Positions 1 to 8,416 of a stretch of 64,000 nucleotides of DNA are shown piece after piece (the first letter of the stretch is position 1; the number at the start of each line of letters is the position of its first letter). The translations under genes were made by a program, and so were the position numbers. A model generated the notes under the pieces. That model saw nothing but the letters and a program-made list of their open reading frames with translations. It was not told the DNA's origin and searched no databases. The stretch spans positions 7,469 through 71,468 of the forward strand of contig VMEM01000005.1 in the NCBI GenBank assembly GCA_007375535.1. The letters run 5' to 3'. The stretch is from Parcubacteria group bacterium LiPW_41 (GTDB lineage Bacteria; Patescibacteriota; Minisyncoccia; UBA6257; GWB1-50-10).

Positions 1-18
1 CCATTTACTACCTCCTTT

Positions 19-411
19 TTATAAATCTTCTTCGAGACAGAGAAAATCATGCAATGCCCAGATTTTTTTCCCTTCACGTTCTAGTGTTATGAATTCGTCG
101 TGTTCTTCATCTTTTAAGAATTCTTCAGTCTTTAAAAACTCTCCTATTTCATTTTCTATCACATCAGGAATATCAGAGAGTTCAAAAGAAATAAGTTTAC
201 AATCGAAAACACGCGGATCTCCAAACGCAACGGTTATCATAGAACCAATTGGTGTTGTTGTCGGAATGTTTTTAGAAAGCATTGAGCACCCTGTGTGATT
301 TTTTGAAAAATCGGGGAGTGGGTCTTGTGAGATTAATACTGTAGCTCCAAAGAGCACTGGGCTTGTTATTTCATTCCCGTTGATGTCATAAAAATAATAT
401 TTTTCATTCAT
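19..411 (-). CDS. Small-protein paralog family member D (subfamily 1-like, divergent). Shares YYFYD..VL..P...F....GC core with 8 other copies in the window.
   Basis: ORF 130 aa; motif alignment to copies at 11574, 14783 and 15248. RBS GGAGGT 6 nt upstream (revcomp of catttactacctcc). The same RBS-start string recurs at 1..15, implying another copy just left of the window. Confidence 0.55.
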   Translation of the reverse strand: MNEKYYFYDINGNEITSPVLFGATVLISQDPLPDFSKNHTGCSMLSKNIPTTTPIGSMITVAFGDPRVFDCKLISFELSDIPDVIENEIGEFLKTEEFLKDEEHDEFITLEREGKKIWALHDFLCLEEDL

Positions 412-413
412 TT

Positions 414-554
414 ACTACCTCCAGTGTTTATTATTTTTTTAATTTTTATTTGTGGGTTGTCCCTTTCAAATGTTCGAAGTAACCACAGAGAAAGAAATCC
501 ACAAAATACAATTCCAGCAAGAAAAACGATTCCAGCGAGTTCTCCTTCTGTCAT
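414..554 (-). CDS. Possible small membrane peptide (46 aa, MTEGELAGIVFLAGIVFCGFLSLWLL...).
   Basis: Short ORF with ATG, weak GGAG upstream and one hydrophobic helix; below ORF-track threshold. Confidence 0.2.
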
Positions 555-635
555 TTTTACTCCATGTTTGTTATTAAAATTCTAACCATAGAATACCACT
601 ATTCTATGGTATAAGTCAATATTTGCAGATAAGAA

Positions 636-1886
636 CTATCGATTGTAGGTAGTTGGAGTTGCAAACTTCTCACTTGAGTTACACGTTCCTTTTTGATACT
701 CAACGTGTATTGTCTTGTCGTTAATTAGTTGTACGAGAATCTTCCCAATATCTTTTTGCCACCACGTGCCAGGGCTATTGTAACAATAGATGTTTCCATC
801 TGCTTTAATCTCACTAAATTCTCGATTAATAAATCCGGTATGATTTGGTTTGAATTGTATAACCCCAGGATTCATGATTGTTCCTCCAACAGAGAGATTT
901 GCAGTTGTTGGATCGAGGTTGTCATGAACAAATGCTAATCCTTTTCCATCAAATTCAATACTTCCACCATCTTTTTTTGGTTCTTCTCCAAACCACATTC
1001 CTTGTATCGTTCCCGCAATGTCTTGGTTTACCCGCCCACAGAGTGGTTCGATAGTGCGTGGCACAAACGAATCTTTTATTTTGTTATCTGAAAATCCAAA
1101 TTTTTTATAATACGCATCTTTCATTTCTCCCGCGTATAGATCAAACGTACACATCGAGTGTGCATAGCGATTGTCATCATAATAATCCCAATTTACATCA
1201 CTACGTGCGGGAATATTATAATTTGCTGCCCAAATCTCAAATGGTAGAGTTCCTCTCTCATCAAGTTGTGTGTATCCAATCAAATCCCCAGATTTCACGG
1301 GAATACTCACATTGTAATAGCATTGTCCCTCGGTATATGTGTGGCCAGGTTTTTCAATACCACGCTTACAATCACCCGTTTCCGTTTCCTTGAGCGTTTT
1401 CGTAAGTGGCTCAGATAATTCTGTGTAGTTCGCAAAATCAAGTACAAGTCCTTTGCATACGGTGTACTGAACGACATATCCACGGGGAATATAATCTCCG
1501 GAACTGTTTTTTGATGATATTTCGATGATTTGTGTGATCCATGAATCAGCAGGAGCATACAGTGGAATCTTTTCTGTGTGGTTGGTTGAAAAATAGTTGT
1601 GATCAACAGGGGATGTGTGTCCTGGCGGATTGAGATTTCCAAGTGGTGTAATTGAAGAAATATATTTTGGTTCTATGAGTGGCGCAGTCAAAATTCCACT
1701 AAGATTTTCTGGACATGTGGGAAATAATTTAAATTGTTCTTTGATTTTGTCTACAAAAGTCGGCTCCTCCTTCTTTTGCTCCATTTTTTTCTCTCCCTCT
1801 TCCTTTTTGTTAAACACCCCACTTCCGAGAGTGACTACGATAAGTAGCGCTATTACTCCCACACCGAGTATGATGTTCTTCTTCAT
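636..1886 (-). CDS. Hypothetical exported/membrane-anchored protein (416 aa, N-terminal TM/signal anchor).
   Basis: Long ORF with N-terminal hydrophobic segment MKKNIILGVGVIALLIVVTLGSG; no recognisable catalytic motif. Confidence 0.55.
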   Translation of the reverse strand: MKKNIILGVGVIALLIVVTLGSGVFNKKEEGEKKMEQKKEEPTFVDKIKEQFKLFPTCPENLSGILTAPLIEPKYISSITPLGNLNPPGHTSPVDHNYFSTNHTEKIPLYAPADSWITQIIEISSKNSSGDYIPRGYVVQYTVCKGLVLDFANYTELSEPLTKTLKETETGDCKRGIEKPGHTYTEGQCYYNVSIPVKSGDLIGYTQLDERGTLPFEIWAANYNIPARSDVNWDYYDDNRYAHSMCTFDLYAGEMKDAYYKKFGFSDNKIKDSFVPRTIEPLCGRVNQDIAGTIQGMWFGEEPKKDGGSIEFDGKGLAFVHDNLDPTTANLSVGGTIMNPGVIQFKPNHTGFINREFSEIKADGNIYCYNSPGTWWQKDIGKILVQLINDKTIHVEYQKGTCNSSEKFATPTTYNR

Positions 1887-1954
1887 ATACTCATTTTACT
1901 ACAATGTATCCTCGTTCCCGCTTGGAATTGAACATTGATAATTGTATATTATTC

Positions 1955-2136
1955 TTCCTCTCTTTCTCCTTATTCGAAATTCAAAATTCGTCATTCGAAA
2001 TTAATCTCTTTTCTCCATCTGATATTTGAATTTGTTTAGAGTTTAGTGCTTAGGTATTAGAGTTTTCGAATTTACAGCTTAAAGGTTTTTAGTTTAATCT
2101 TTGCACTTTAAACTTTGAGTTTTAAGCTTCATTTCG
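1955..2136. repeat. Mosaic AT-rich intergenic repeat block (modules M1 'aaattcgaaattcgtcattcgaaatt', M2 'gatatttgaatttgtttagRRtttagtgcttagRtattag', M3 'ctttgcactttRaactttg').
   Basis: Same modules recur at 3036..3115, 4163..4318, 5215..5275, 12690..12815, 14236..14338, 15685..15745, 19478..19550, 21818..21918 and 25487..25563. Confidence 0.5.
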
Positions 2137-2148
2137 TATACTAATACT

Positions 2149-2694
2149 ATGGACATGCAAAAAGTATCTCCGTTTGTTCTCACCGCTCTTGTAGCGGTTG
2201 CTTTGTTTGTTGGTCTTACAAACATTGTCACACTTCAATATGACGAAGTGTCGCGTATAGTAATTTCAAAAAGTCCAACTGGTGATGTTCCTGCGCCAAA
2301 AGTAGAAGTAACAGCAGATTGGAAAACATTTGCAACTAGTTTAGATCCTGCTTCTTCAATTTCGATTAGATATCCAAAGGACTGGGGAATAAGCGAAATA
2401 AAATTTCCTTGTGCCAATAAGGGTCCGTTTGGTACCAGCTCTTTTGGTTTTTTGGGTCCAATAAAGAATGAAAATAGTAATCGCAGATTCTTTATTCAGT
2501 TTTGTGTTAATAATGATGAGTATTGGGTAGCACATCAAGGATTTGTAGATTCCACTCCTTCAAGTGAAATTATTCCAAAGATAATAACGGTGGGTGAGGA
2601 TGAATTAAAAAAATCCGATGAATATAATATTTCTCAAGAAATCATCAAAAATCTGCAGATTGCACGTGAAGATTTTATTCTTAAAAACCAATAA
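2149..2694 (+). CDS. Hypothetical exported protein (181 aa, N-terminal signal/TM).
   Basis: ORF with hydrophobic N-terminus, followed by hairpin terminator. Confidence 0.5.
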   Translation: MDMQKVSPFVLTALVAVALFVGLTNIVTLQYDEVSRIVISKSPTGDVPAPKVEVTADWKTFATSLDPASSISIRYPKDWGISEIKFPCANKGPFGTSSFGFLGPIKNENSNRRFFIQFCVNNDEYWVAHQGFVDSTPSSEIIPKIITVGEDELKKSDEYNISQEIIKNLQIAREDFILKNQ

Positions 2695-2696
2695 AA

Positions 2697-2720
2697 ATCC
2701 CCCTAACGGGGGTTTTGTTT
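2697..2720. terminator. Bidirectional rho-independent terminator (tccccc-taac-gggggtttt).
   Basis: GC stem plus T run between convergent genes. Confidence 0.6.
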
Positions 2721-2925
2721 ATTCACCAATTCTTTCAAACTTGAAAAGTTTTTTGAAGAACTCAAATGCTGGATTTTCTGTCGCGGGGGGAAGTGTTTGA
2801 AATTCAGTTCCACACCCCATGCACTGATAGGGGAATCTGGTGTTCCCATCAATCTTTGTGGCGATATACCCATTGCACGAAGGACACTTCGGTTCCAGTG
2901 GCTCTTTGTATTCTTTCCGTTTCAT
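2719..2925 (-). CDS. Small zinc-ribbon protein (68 aa; CPSC...CMGC).
   Basis: Two CxxC pairs; convergent with upstream gene and shares a bidirectional terminator. Confidence 0.45.
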   Translation of the reverse strand: MKRKEYKEPLEPKCPSCNGYIATKIDGNTRFPYQCMGCGTEFQTLPPATENPAFEFFKKLFKFERIGE

Positions 2926-3182
2926 AACTCCTCCTTTTAAGTATCTGAAGTTATGGTACTCCGCTAACTACATTATTTGCAATACGAATAAAACTCGAAG
3001 CACTAATATCGAAATTCTAAAAAAACCTAAAACCCAAATATCAAAACGTTTAAATATTTGAATTTCTTATTTTGAAATTGTTTAGGATTTAGTGCTTAGA
3101 TATTAGGATTTATTTTACTATTGCCAAAATAGTAAAAGTATTGTAGAATGTTTTCACTCTTTAATAACTTATTTTTTTAACT

Positions 3183-3614
3183 TTGGGAGGTCACTCTATG
3201 CATCCAATCAATGCATTTCTATGCTTCACCCCTCATGCCGCATTGTTTTTTGTGTTTGTATTGTTCTTTGCATATGATGCAAGAACACAAAAAAACTGGT
3301 GGTATATTCCACTGTTTTTGATTCTTACATTCCTGTGTTTTCTTTGGGTGGCAGAATTGATTCTTGTTCCACGCGCAGGTTTTGGTTCTATCGCTACTGC
3401 ATCGCTTGCAGGAATTGTGGGTATGTATGTGCTAAATGTTCGTTCAGAAGCGTTTCCGGGCATGTACAAATCATACCTTGTAGTAGGAATTGTACTTGTG
3501 GGTATGTACGCAATTTACTTCTCCACATATTTCAGTCTCTTTGGAATTGCCGGAGGAATGGGTGTGTTCAGTGCCATTTCTCTCACCTCAGATTATTATT
3601 TCCCTCGCACCTAG
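3183..3614 (+). CDS. Integral membrane protein, hypothetical (143 aa, about 4 TM).
   Basis: Hydrophobic ORF; terminator hairpin cctcgcacctagcgaggg-Tn directly after. Confidence 0.45.
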   Translation: MGGHSMHPINAFLCFTPHAALFFVFVLFFAYDARTQKNWWYIPLFLILTFLCFLWVAELILVPRAGFGSIATASLAGIVGMYVLNVRSEAFPGMYKSYLVVGIVLVGMYAIYFSTYFSLFGIAGGMGVFSAISLTSDYYFPRT

Positions 3615-3666
3615 CGAGGGTTTTTATTTTTAGCAAATTATACAAGGCTTTCGTTATAATTAGGGT

Positions 3667-4137
3667 ATGAACGACGAAAAAATTTGTTGCCCTCAATTCG
3701 ATCCAACTCCATGGGACGGAAAAGAAATTGTGTGGGAAAACAAAAAGTTTATAAAAGATAAAGTCTGCACTCTTTTTTATATGCCGATAAATTTCGGTTC
3801 GGTGGTAACGCGGATGATAACAAAGGTAGAAAAACAAGGTGCAAGCGTACAAGATTGGTTGTGTCTTTCGGATCATACCTCTCTGTGGAATATGGATCTT
3901 TACCTTGCTGTTGATAAAGACATTCCTAATGCAGAGAATACCTCAATCTCTGGGAAGTTTGTAAGTAAGGTGTATGAGGGGAAATTTAGCGACACAGGAA
4001 AGTGGGTTAAAGAATTTAATGTATATACCAAAGAAAAAGGATATCAAGTAAAGAAGCAATATTTGTGGTATACGACTTGCCCAAAGTGTGCCAAAAAATA
4101 TGGTAAAAACTACGTAGTCCTATTTGCCCAAATCTAA
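3667..4137 (+). CDS. Hypothetical Cys-containing protein (156 aa).
   Basis: ORF followed by ccccgcctccaggcggg terminator. Confidence 0.5.
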   Translation: MNDEKICCPQFDPTPWDGKEIVWENKKFIKDKVCTLFYMPINFGSVVTRMITKVEKQGASVQDWLCLSDHTSLWNMDLYLAVDKDIPNAENTSISGKFVSKVYEGKFSDTGKWVKEFNVYTKEKGYQVKKQYLWYTTCPKCAKKYGKNYVVLFAQI

Positions 4138-4162
4138 CCCCGCCTCCAGGCGGGATTTTTTA
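4137..4162 (+). terminator. Rho-independent terminator (ccccgcc-tcca-ggcggg-attttttt).
   Basis: Stem-loop plus U tract after stop of 3667..4137. Confidence 0.65.
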
Positions 4163-4318
4163 TCTCATTTTTAGATTTTCTCTTTTTTGATATTTGAATT
4201 TGTTTAGGATTTCGATATTCGAGTTTAGAGTTTTTATGCTTAATTACTTTCTTGCTTTTGCGTTTCACTTTTGATGTTTGCGCTTTGAACTTTGCATTGT
4301 CTTTCAGCTATAATTAAC
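4163..4318. repeat. Mosaic intergenic repeat block (M2 plus M3 'ttgcttttgcgtttcacttttgatgtttgcgctttgaactttgca').
   Basis: M3 copy is nearly identical to 21858..21910; M2 to 19487..19540 and 25493..25535. Confidence 0.5.
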
Positions 4319-4328
4319 TCTATTCTCT

Positions 4329-5201
4329 ATGGAACGAAATAAAACGGTGGTAGTGATCTATCACAATAATTGTCTTGATGGATTTGGTGCTGCGTGGGCT
4401 GCGTGGATGAAATTCAAAAGTAAAGCAGAATATGTCGCAACTGATCCACACGTACTCCCCAAACTTGAATTAAAAGGAAAAGAAATTTATATAGTTGATA
4501 ATAGTTTTGATAAGACGACACTAGAAAGGTTACAAAAAGTAAATAAGAAAGTGGTAGTAATGGATCACCATAAAAGCGCACAGAAAGATGTTGAGGCGTT
4601 TCCTCAAAATATTTTTGATAATAATCACTCTGGTGCAGTATTGGCGTGGAATTATTTTCATCCAAATAAAAAAGTGCCAATGTTGCTTCGATATGTTGAA
4701 GATAATGATTTATGGAATTTTAAACTTCCACAAACACAGCTTATTCGTTTATACATAACTTCTCATGCATATGATTTTTCGGCGTGGAGTAAATTAGCAA
4801 AAGAAATAGAAGATAAAAAATTAAGGAAAAAGGGAGCCGAGGCAGGGAAGGCAATTAGTCAGTATGTAGATCAGGTAGTAAAAGAAATTGTGGATGGTGC
4901 AGAGCTTGTGCAATTCGGAAAGTTTCGCGTATATGCGGTAAATTTTATGTCAAAAAAAATGACGTCAGTTATTGGGCATATTCTTGCTAATAAGACGAAA
5001 TCACTTGGTATCGTGTGGTATGAATCAAAGGGATTGCTCCACGTTTCACTTCGTGCGAGTAACACAATTGATGTATCAAAGGTTGCTGAAAAATTTGGTG
5101 GTGGGGGACATAAAAACGCAGCAGCATTCACCATTCCATTTACTAACACCCTCCCCTGGAAACGAATAGTACAAAGGTCAAAGCTCAAACATCAAAATTG
5201 A
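4329..5201 (+). CDS. DHH/DHHA1 phosphoesterase, NrnA-like oligoribonuclease/pAp phosphatase.
   Basis: DHH motif (VMDHHK) and DHHA1 GGGGH motif (KFGGGGHKNAAAF). Confidence 0.75.
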   Translation: MERNKTVVVIYHNNCLDGFGAAWAAWMKFKSKAEYVATDPHVLPKLELKGKEIYIVDNSFDKTTLERLQKVNKKVVVMDHHKSAQKDVEAFPQNIFDNNHSGAVLAWNYFHPNKKVPMLLRYVEDNDLWNFKLPQTQLIRLYITSHAYDFSAWSKLAKEIEDKKLRKKGAEAGKAISQYVDQVVKEIVDGAELVQFGKFRVYAVNFMSKKMTSVIGHILANKTKSLGIVWYESKGLLHVSLRASNTIDVSKVAEKFGGGGHKNAAAFTIPFTNTLPWKRIVQRSKLKHQN

Positions 5202-5276
5202 ATCTCAAAAGTTATTAAACTTTTTAATTTTACGTTTCACTTTTGCACTTTGCACTTTGAATTTTAAACTTTACTT

Positions 5277-5675
5277 ATGAAATTAGTGATTTATACCGAC
5301 GGTGGTGCTCGTGGAAACCCAGGTCCTGCAGGAATTGGAGTCGTGATTGGCGACGACTACGAACACGGTGAATATATTGGGGAAACAACAAACAATGTTG
5401 CCGAGTACAAGGCGCTTGTCCTTGCAATAAAAAAAGCGAAATCATTATACAAAGAACATCTCTCTACCCTTGATCTTGAGATTCGAATGGATAGTGAATT
5501 AATTGTGAAACAAATGAAAGGGGAATATAAAGTGAAAAACGAAGGACTCCGCCCATTGTTTTTGGAGGTTCAAAAACACATTCCCGAATTTCATCATGTT
5601 TCTTTCCATCACATTCCTCGTGAAAAAAACTCCCACGCCGACGCACTGGTAAACAAGGCACTCGATAATAGATAG
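5277..5675 (+). CDS. rnhA: Ribonuclease HI-type (RNase H) small protein.
   Basis: IYTDGGARGNPGPAGIGVVI, AEYKALVLAI, and the C-terminal HIPREKNSHADALVN motif typical of RNase HI family. Confidence 0.7.
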   Translation: MKLVIYTDGGARGNPGPAGIGVVIGDDYEHGEYIGETTNNVAEYKALVLAIKKAKSLYKEHLSTLDLEIRMDSELIVKQMKGEYKVKNEGLRPLFLEVQKHIPEFHHVSFHHIPREKNSHADALVNKALDNR

Positions 5676-5856
5676 TGTTTAGTGACTAGAGCTTAGCTCT
5701 AAAGTCGATTTCCACGAAGATGAGTTTTTCTTTGGGTTTCTTTTCTTTGATTAATTATTTATTGCGAATTGAAAATTTTTCCCCTCTCCTTATTTAAAAT
5801 TGGCCTAATCTCCTGTTGTAGGTTGTTTGTTGTAGGTTGTTGGTTATACTTAAAAT

Positions 5857-6300
5857 ATGCTCGAACTTTACACCTCAAAACCTGAGGAATTGAAAAAGAA
5901 AGTTGATTCATTGACCGAGGGCGTCGGAGAATTCGCTCACGAATTTGATCCTGAGCTTATTTATCTCTGGTGCGAATCGGACCCAGAACTCCAAAGAACA
6001 TATAAAAATTTTGTTGGCGCAAGCGAGGCATATGCCGACTATGTGTGTGCGATAGATGATCTAGTAAAGAAAGGTGAGGACCTTAGTGAGATTGTTAAGA
6101 AACAACGTGAAGCACATACTAATTCAGAACAGATGTTAAAAACATTTGTTGAATCGGCTCACAAAAAAGGACACCTTCAGAAATTTTCTCCCGAAGAACT
6201 TCCTCGCCCAAAGACCGCCCAACTTGCTCTTTATAGTGCATTCACCAATGCATACGAAAAGAACAAGAAGATGATGGGGGAGGCCAAAAAGGCTGTGTAA
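5857..6300 (+). CDS. Hypothetical protein (147 aa).
   Basis: ORF with terminator gccccaaacggggc after stop. Confidence 0.45.
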   Translation: MLELYTSKPEELKKKVDSLTEGVGEFAHEFDPELIYLWCESDPELQRTYKNFVGASEAYADYVCAIDDLVKKGEDLSEIVKKQREAHTNSEQMLKTFVESAHKKGHLQKFSPEELPRPKTAQLALYSAFTNAYEKNKKMMGEAKKAV

Positions 6301-6421
6301 CTATCAAACAAACCAAGCCCCAAACGGGGCATTTTTGTTGCTAAACCTCAATTATTTCACTATTGCAAAATATAGTAATGCATGGTATAATATATTCACT
6401 TAACAATTGAAGAGGAAGACA

Positions 6422-6805
6422 GTGAAAAAAGGGATAGTTGTTACCGCAAAAAATATAGCTACAGTTTGTGGCCATATTAAAAAAGTAATTAAGAACAAAG
6501 ATAGCCTTTTTGTGAGAAGTGCAAACACAAGCAACTTTCAACAAGCAAAAAAATTGCTTTCAAGAGCGGGAAAAAACGGGAGAGCATTTTTTTTGGATGG
6601 AAGATGTGCTGCTTCTATCGGAGAATATCTTGACTCACACATTGAAATAGTAAAAACTCGACGTCATCAATGTTTACGCTTCGGTCGTAATGAAGATTTT
6701 CAAATAATCAACATCGGCGATAAGGTGTTTATTGATAACGATAAGGTTTTTATTTCTTGGGCACTCGGTCGTTATGCGTCCAAAAAAATTGCCTGCGTTT
6801 CATAA
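6422..6805 (+). CDS. KKGIVVT..GDKVFID small-protein paralog 1 (likely GTG start).
   Basis: Homologous to ORF at 7234 (KKGIVVT.KN... G[DN]KVFID). Driven by TGgTATAAT cassette at 6383. Confidence 0.5.
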   Translation: MKKGIVVTAKNIATVCGHIKKVIKNKDSLFVRSANTSNFQQAKKLLSRAGKNGRAFFLDGRCAASIGEYLDSHIEIVKTRRHQCLRFGRNEDFQIINIGDKVFIDNDKVFISWALGRYASKKIACVS

Positions 6806-6948
6806 TTTAACCCTCTGCTTTATGCGGAGGGGATTTTTTTCTCTTTTTAATTAAAATTTGAAACTTAAAATTTAAAATTTCAATACTTGTAAAAGTGTTG
6901 AATCTGTGGTATTTTGCGTACATCATTAAAAACTAATTTGAGGTAGTT

Positions 6949-7224
6949 ATGGAATGGATTCTATTCATTTTTACCGCTCTTTTTGGGGCTGCGTTTGGTG
7001 TCTATGGCACGGGGCTTCTCCATGGTCTTGTTACTATTTTCTGTTTTCTTCTGTTTCTTTATATTTTTTTCATTTGGAGTAGACGTGAAGAACATCGTTG
7101 GATTACTGCGTTTGTCATGTACTGTGTTATTGCTATTCTCTTGATTGCGATGTGGATTGCAGTGATCGTTGCGGGGAATCTCCCGAAATCAGTTATTGAT
7201 TTTTTTCACCTATTCTTTAAATAG
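6949..7224 (+). CDS. Small membrane protein (91 aa, 2-3 TM).
   Basis: Hydrophobic ORF. Confidence 0.4.
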   Translation: MEWILFIFTALFGAAFGVYGTGLLHGLVTIFCFLLFLYIFFIWSRREEHRWITAFVMYCVIAILLIAMWIAVIVAGNLPKSVIDFFHLFFK

Positions 7225-7233
7225 GAGAATGCA

Positions 7234-7638
7234 ATGAAAAAGGGAATTGTTGTTACAGAAAAAAATATGATGACGATTTACGATCGTCTAAAAAAGGTAG
7301 TTGAGAAAAAGAAATTCTTCGTGGGAAGAAGTTTCTATACTCGTAGCTTAAAAGTTGTTCAAAAGGTTGCGCCACTGGTGTGGGGATTGAATAAAAAAAG
7401 TTCAACGCCGTTGTGCAAAACTTCACACGCTATGTTTGGCGTTGCGGGTATCTGCTGTGACGGTTCGCGCATTTGGCTTAATCGTCCATATGATTCCGGG
7501 TACTTCTATATTCAGACTGGAAACAAAGTGTTTATTGATCCAATAGGAAAAATCTACATTGAACGAACGGATTTCATGCTTCGCGGAAGAGAAAAGTTCA
7601 TTCAGTTGGTGCAAGAGCAAAATAATTGCAAAATCTAA
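7234..7638 (+). CDS. KKGIVVT..GNKVFID small-protein paralog 2.
   Basis: Homologous to 6422 ORF; RBS AGGAG upstream. Confidence 0.5.
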   Translation: MKKGIVVTEKNMMTIYDRLKKVVEKKKFFVGRSFYTRSLKVVQKVAPLVWGLNKKSSTPLCKTSHAMFGVAGICCDGSRIWLNRPYDSGYFYIQTGNKVFIDPIGKIYIERTDFMLRGREKFIQLVQEQNNCKI

Positions 7639-7652
7639 ATCATGGAGAAAAA

Positions 7653-7871
7653 ATGAAAGTTCTTATATTTGGATCATTGATTCTATGTCTTGGTATTATA
7701 TTGGTATTTATCACGCCAACACCAAAAAACTGTCAGGATTGTATAAAAACAATTCCATTAATATTGATTTGTGCTGGTGTTTCAATTCAAGTTATTTCGG
7801 TATTTCAAATAAGGAGAGAGAGCGAACGTAAATTGCAAGAAAAAATTGACGATTTACATCGTTCATATTAG
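7653..7871 (+). CDS. Small membrane protein (72 aa from MKVLIFG).
   Basis: RBS GGAGAAAAA-ATG; two hydrophobic helices; terminator at 7878. Confidence 0.45.
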   Translation: MKVLIFGSLILCLGIILVFITPTPKNCQDCIKTIPLILICAGVSIQVISVFQIRRESERKLQEKIDDLHRSY

Positions 7872-7877
7872 TAATTC

Positions 7878-7905
7878 ATCCCCGCTAAATGCGGGGATTT
7901 TTTTG
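7878..7905 (+). terminator. Rho-independent terminator (atccccgc-taaat-gcggggat-ttttttt).
   Basis: Canonical member of the atccccgc/gcggggat terminator family. Confidence 0.7.
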
Positions 7906-7936
7906 CATTTCTTGACTTTTGTTGTATAATGTTTCA

Positions 7937-8273
7937 GAAGTATGCGAAGTGACAGCACGTCACTCGAAAGAGTGATTTGGGTGAGGAAAGTCCGGACACT
8001 CTGTCTCTTTTTGAGACAATCGTAGCGGGTAACTCCCGTCGTCCGCGAGAACCGAGGTGCGAACAGTGACGCCGGCGGCGAAAGCCAATGGGGGTCGTCT
8101 CAGACCTAATTCCGTATAGAGACTTAGAAAACGGAAGTGAAACGGCCAAATCCTTACGAGAGTGCAAAGTCGTGCTCTTTGAGCAATCAAAGAGAGTGCT
8201 GCTTGAGCCTGAGAGTAATTGATGGCCCAGATAAATTGTCACATAAACAGAATCCGGCTTATCGCATGCTTCA
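7937..8273 (+). ncRNA. rnpB: RNase P RNA (bacterial type A).
   Basis: GAGGAAAGTCCGGAC (P4 5' strand) and ACAGAATCCGGCTTA (P4 3' strand) present. 5' GAAGTATGCGAAG pairs with 3' ATCGCATGCTTC as P1. TATAAT 7 nt upstream. Confidence 0.8.
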
Positions 8274-8343
8274 CAAAATTGTATTTAGTATTGAGTAGAA
8301 AGTATTTCGTATTGTATACTTCCTTGGTACATAATATGTATTT

Positions 8344-8416
8344 GCCAATGTAGCTCAGCTGGTAGAGCAACGCTTTCGTAAAGCGTGGGTCGGAGGTTCA
8401 AATCCTCTCATTGGCT
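8344..8416 (+). tRNA. tRNA-Thr (anticodon CGU).
   Basis: Manual cloverleaf: acceptor GCCAATG/CATTGGC, D GCTC/GAGC, anticodon stem ACGCT/AGCGT with loop TTCGTAA, T arm GGAGG-TTCAAAT-CCTCT. Confidence 0.85.

Noticed and set aside
7934-8242. ORF-track CDSs 7934..8242(-), 7960..8190(-), 8416..8613(-) and 37866..38117(+).
   Set aside because: They lie entirely inside RNase P RNA, the tRNA-Thr trailer element or the tRNA-Gly repeat region, and have low-complexity translations; treated as non-coding.
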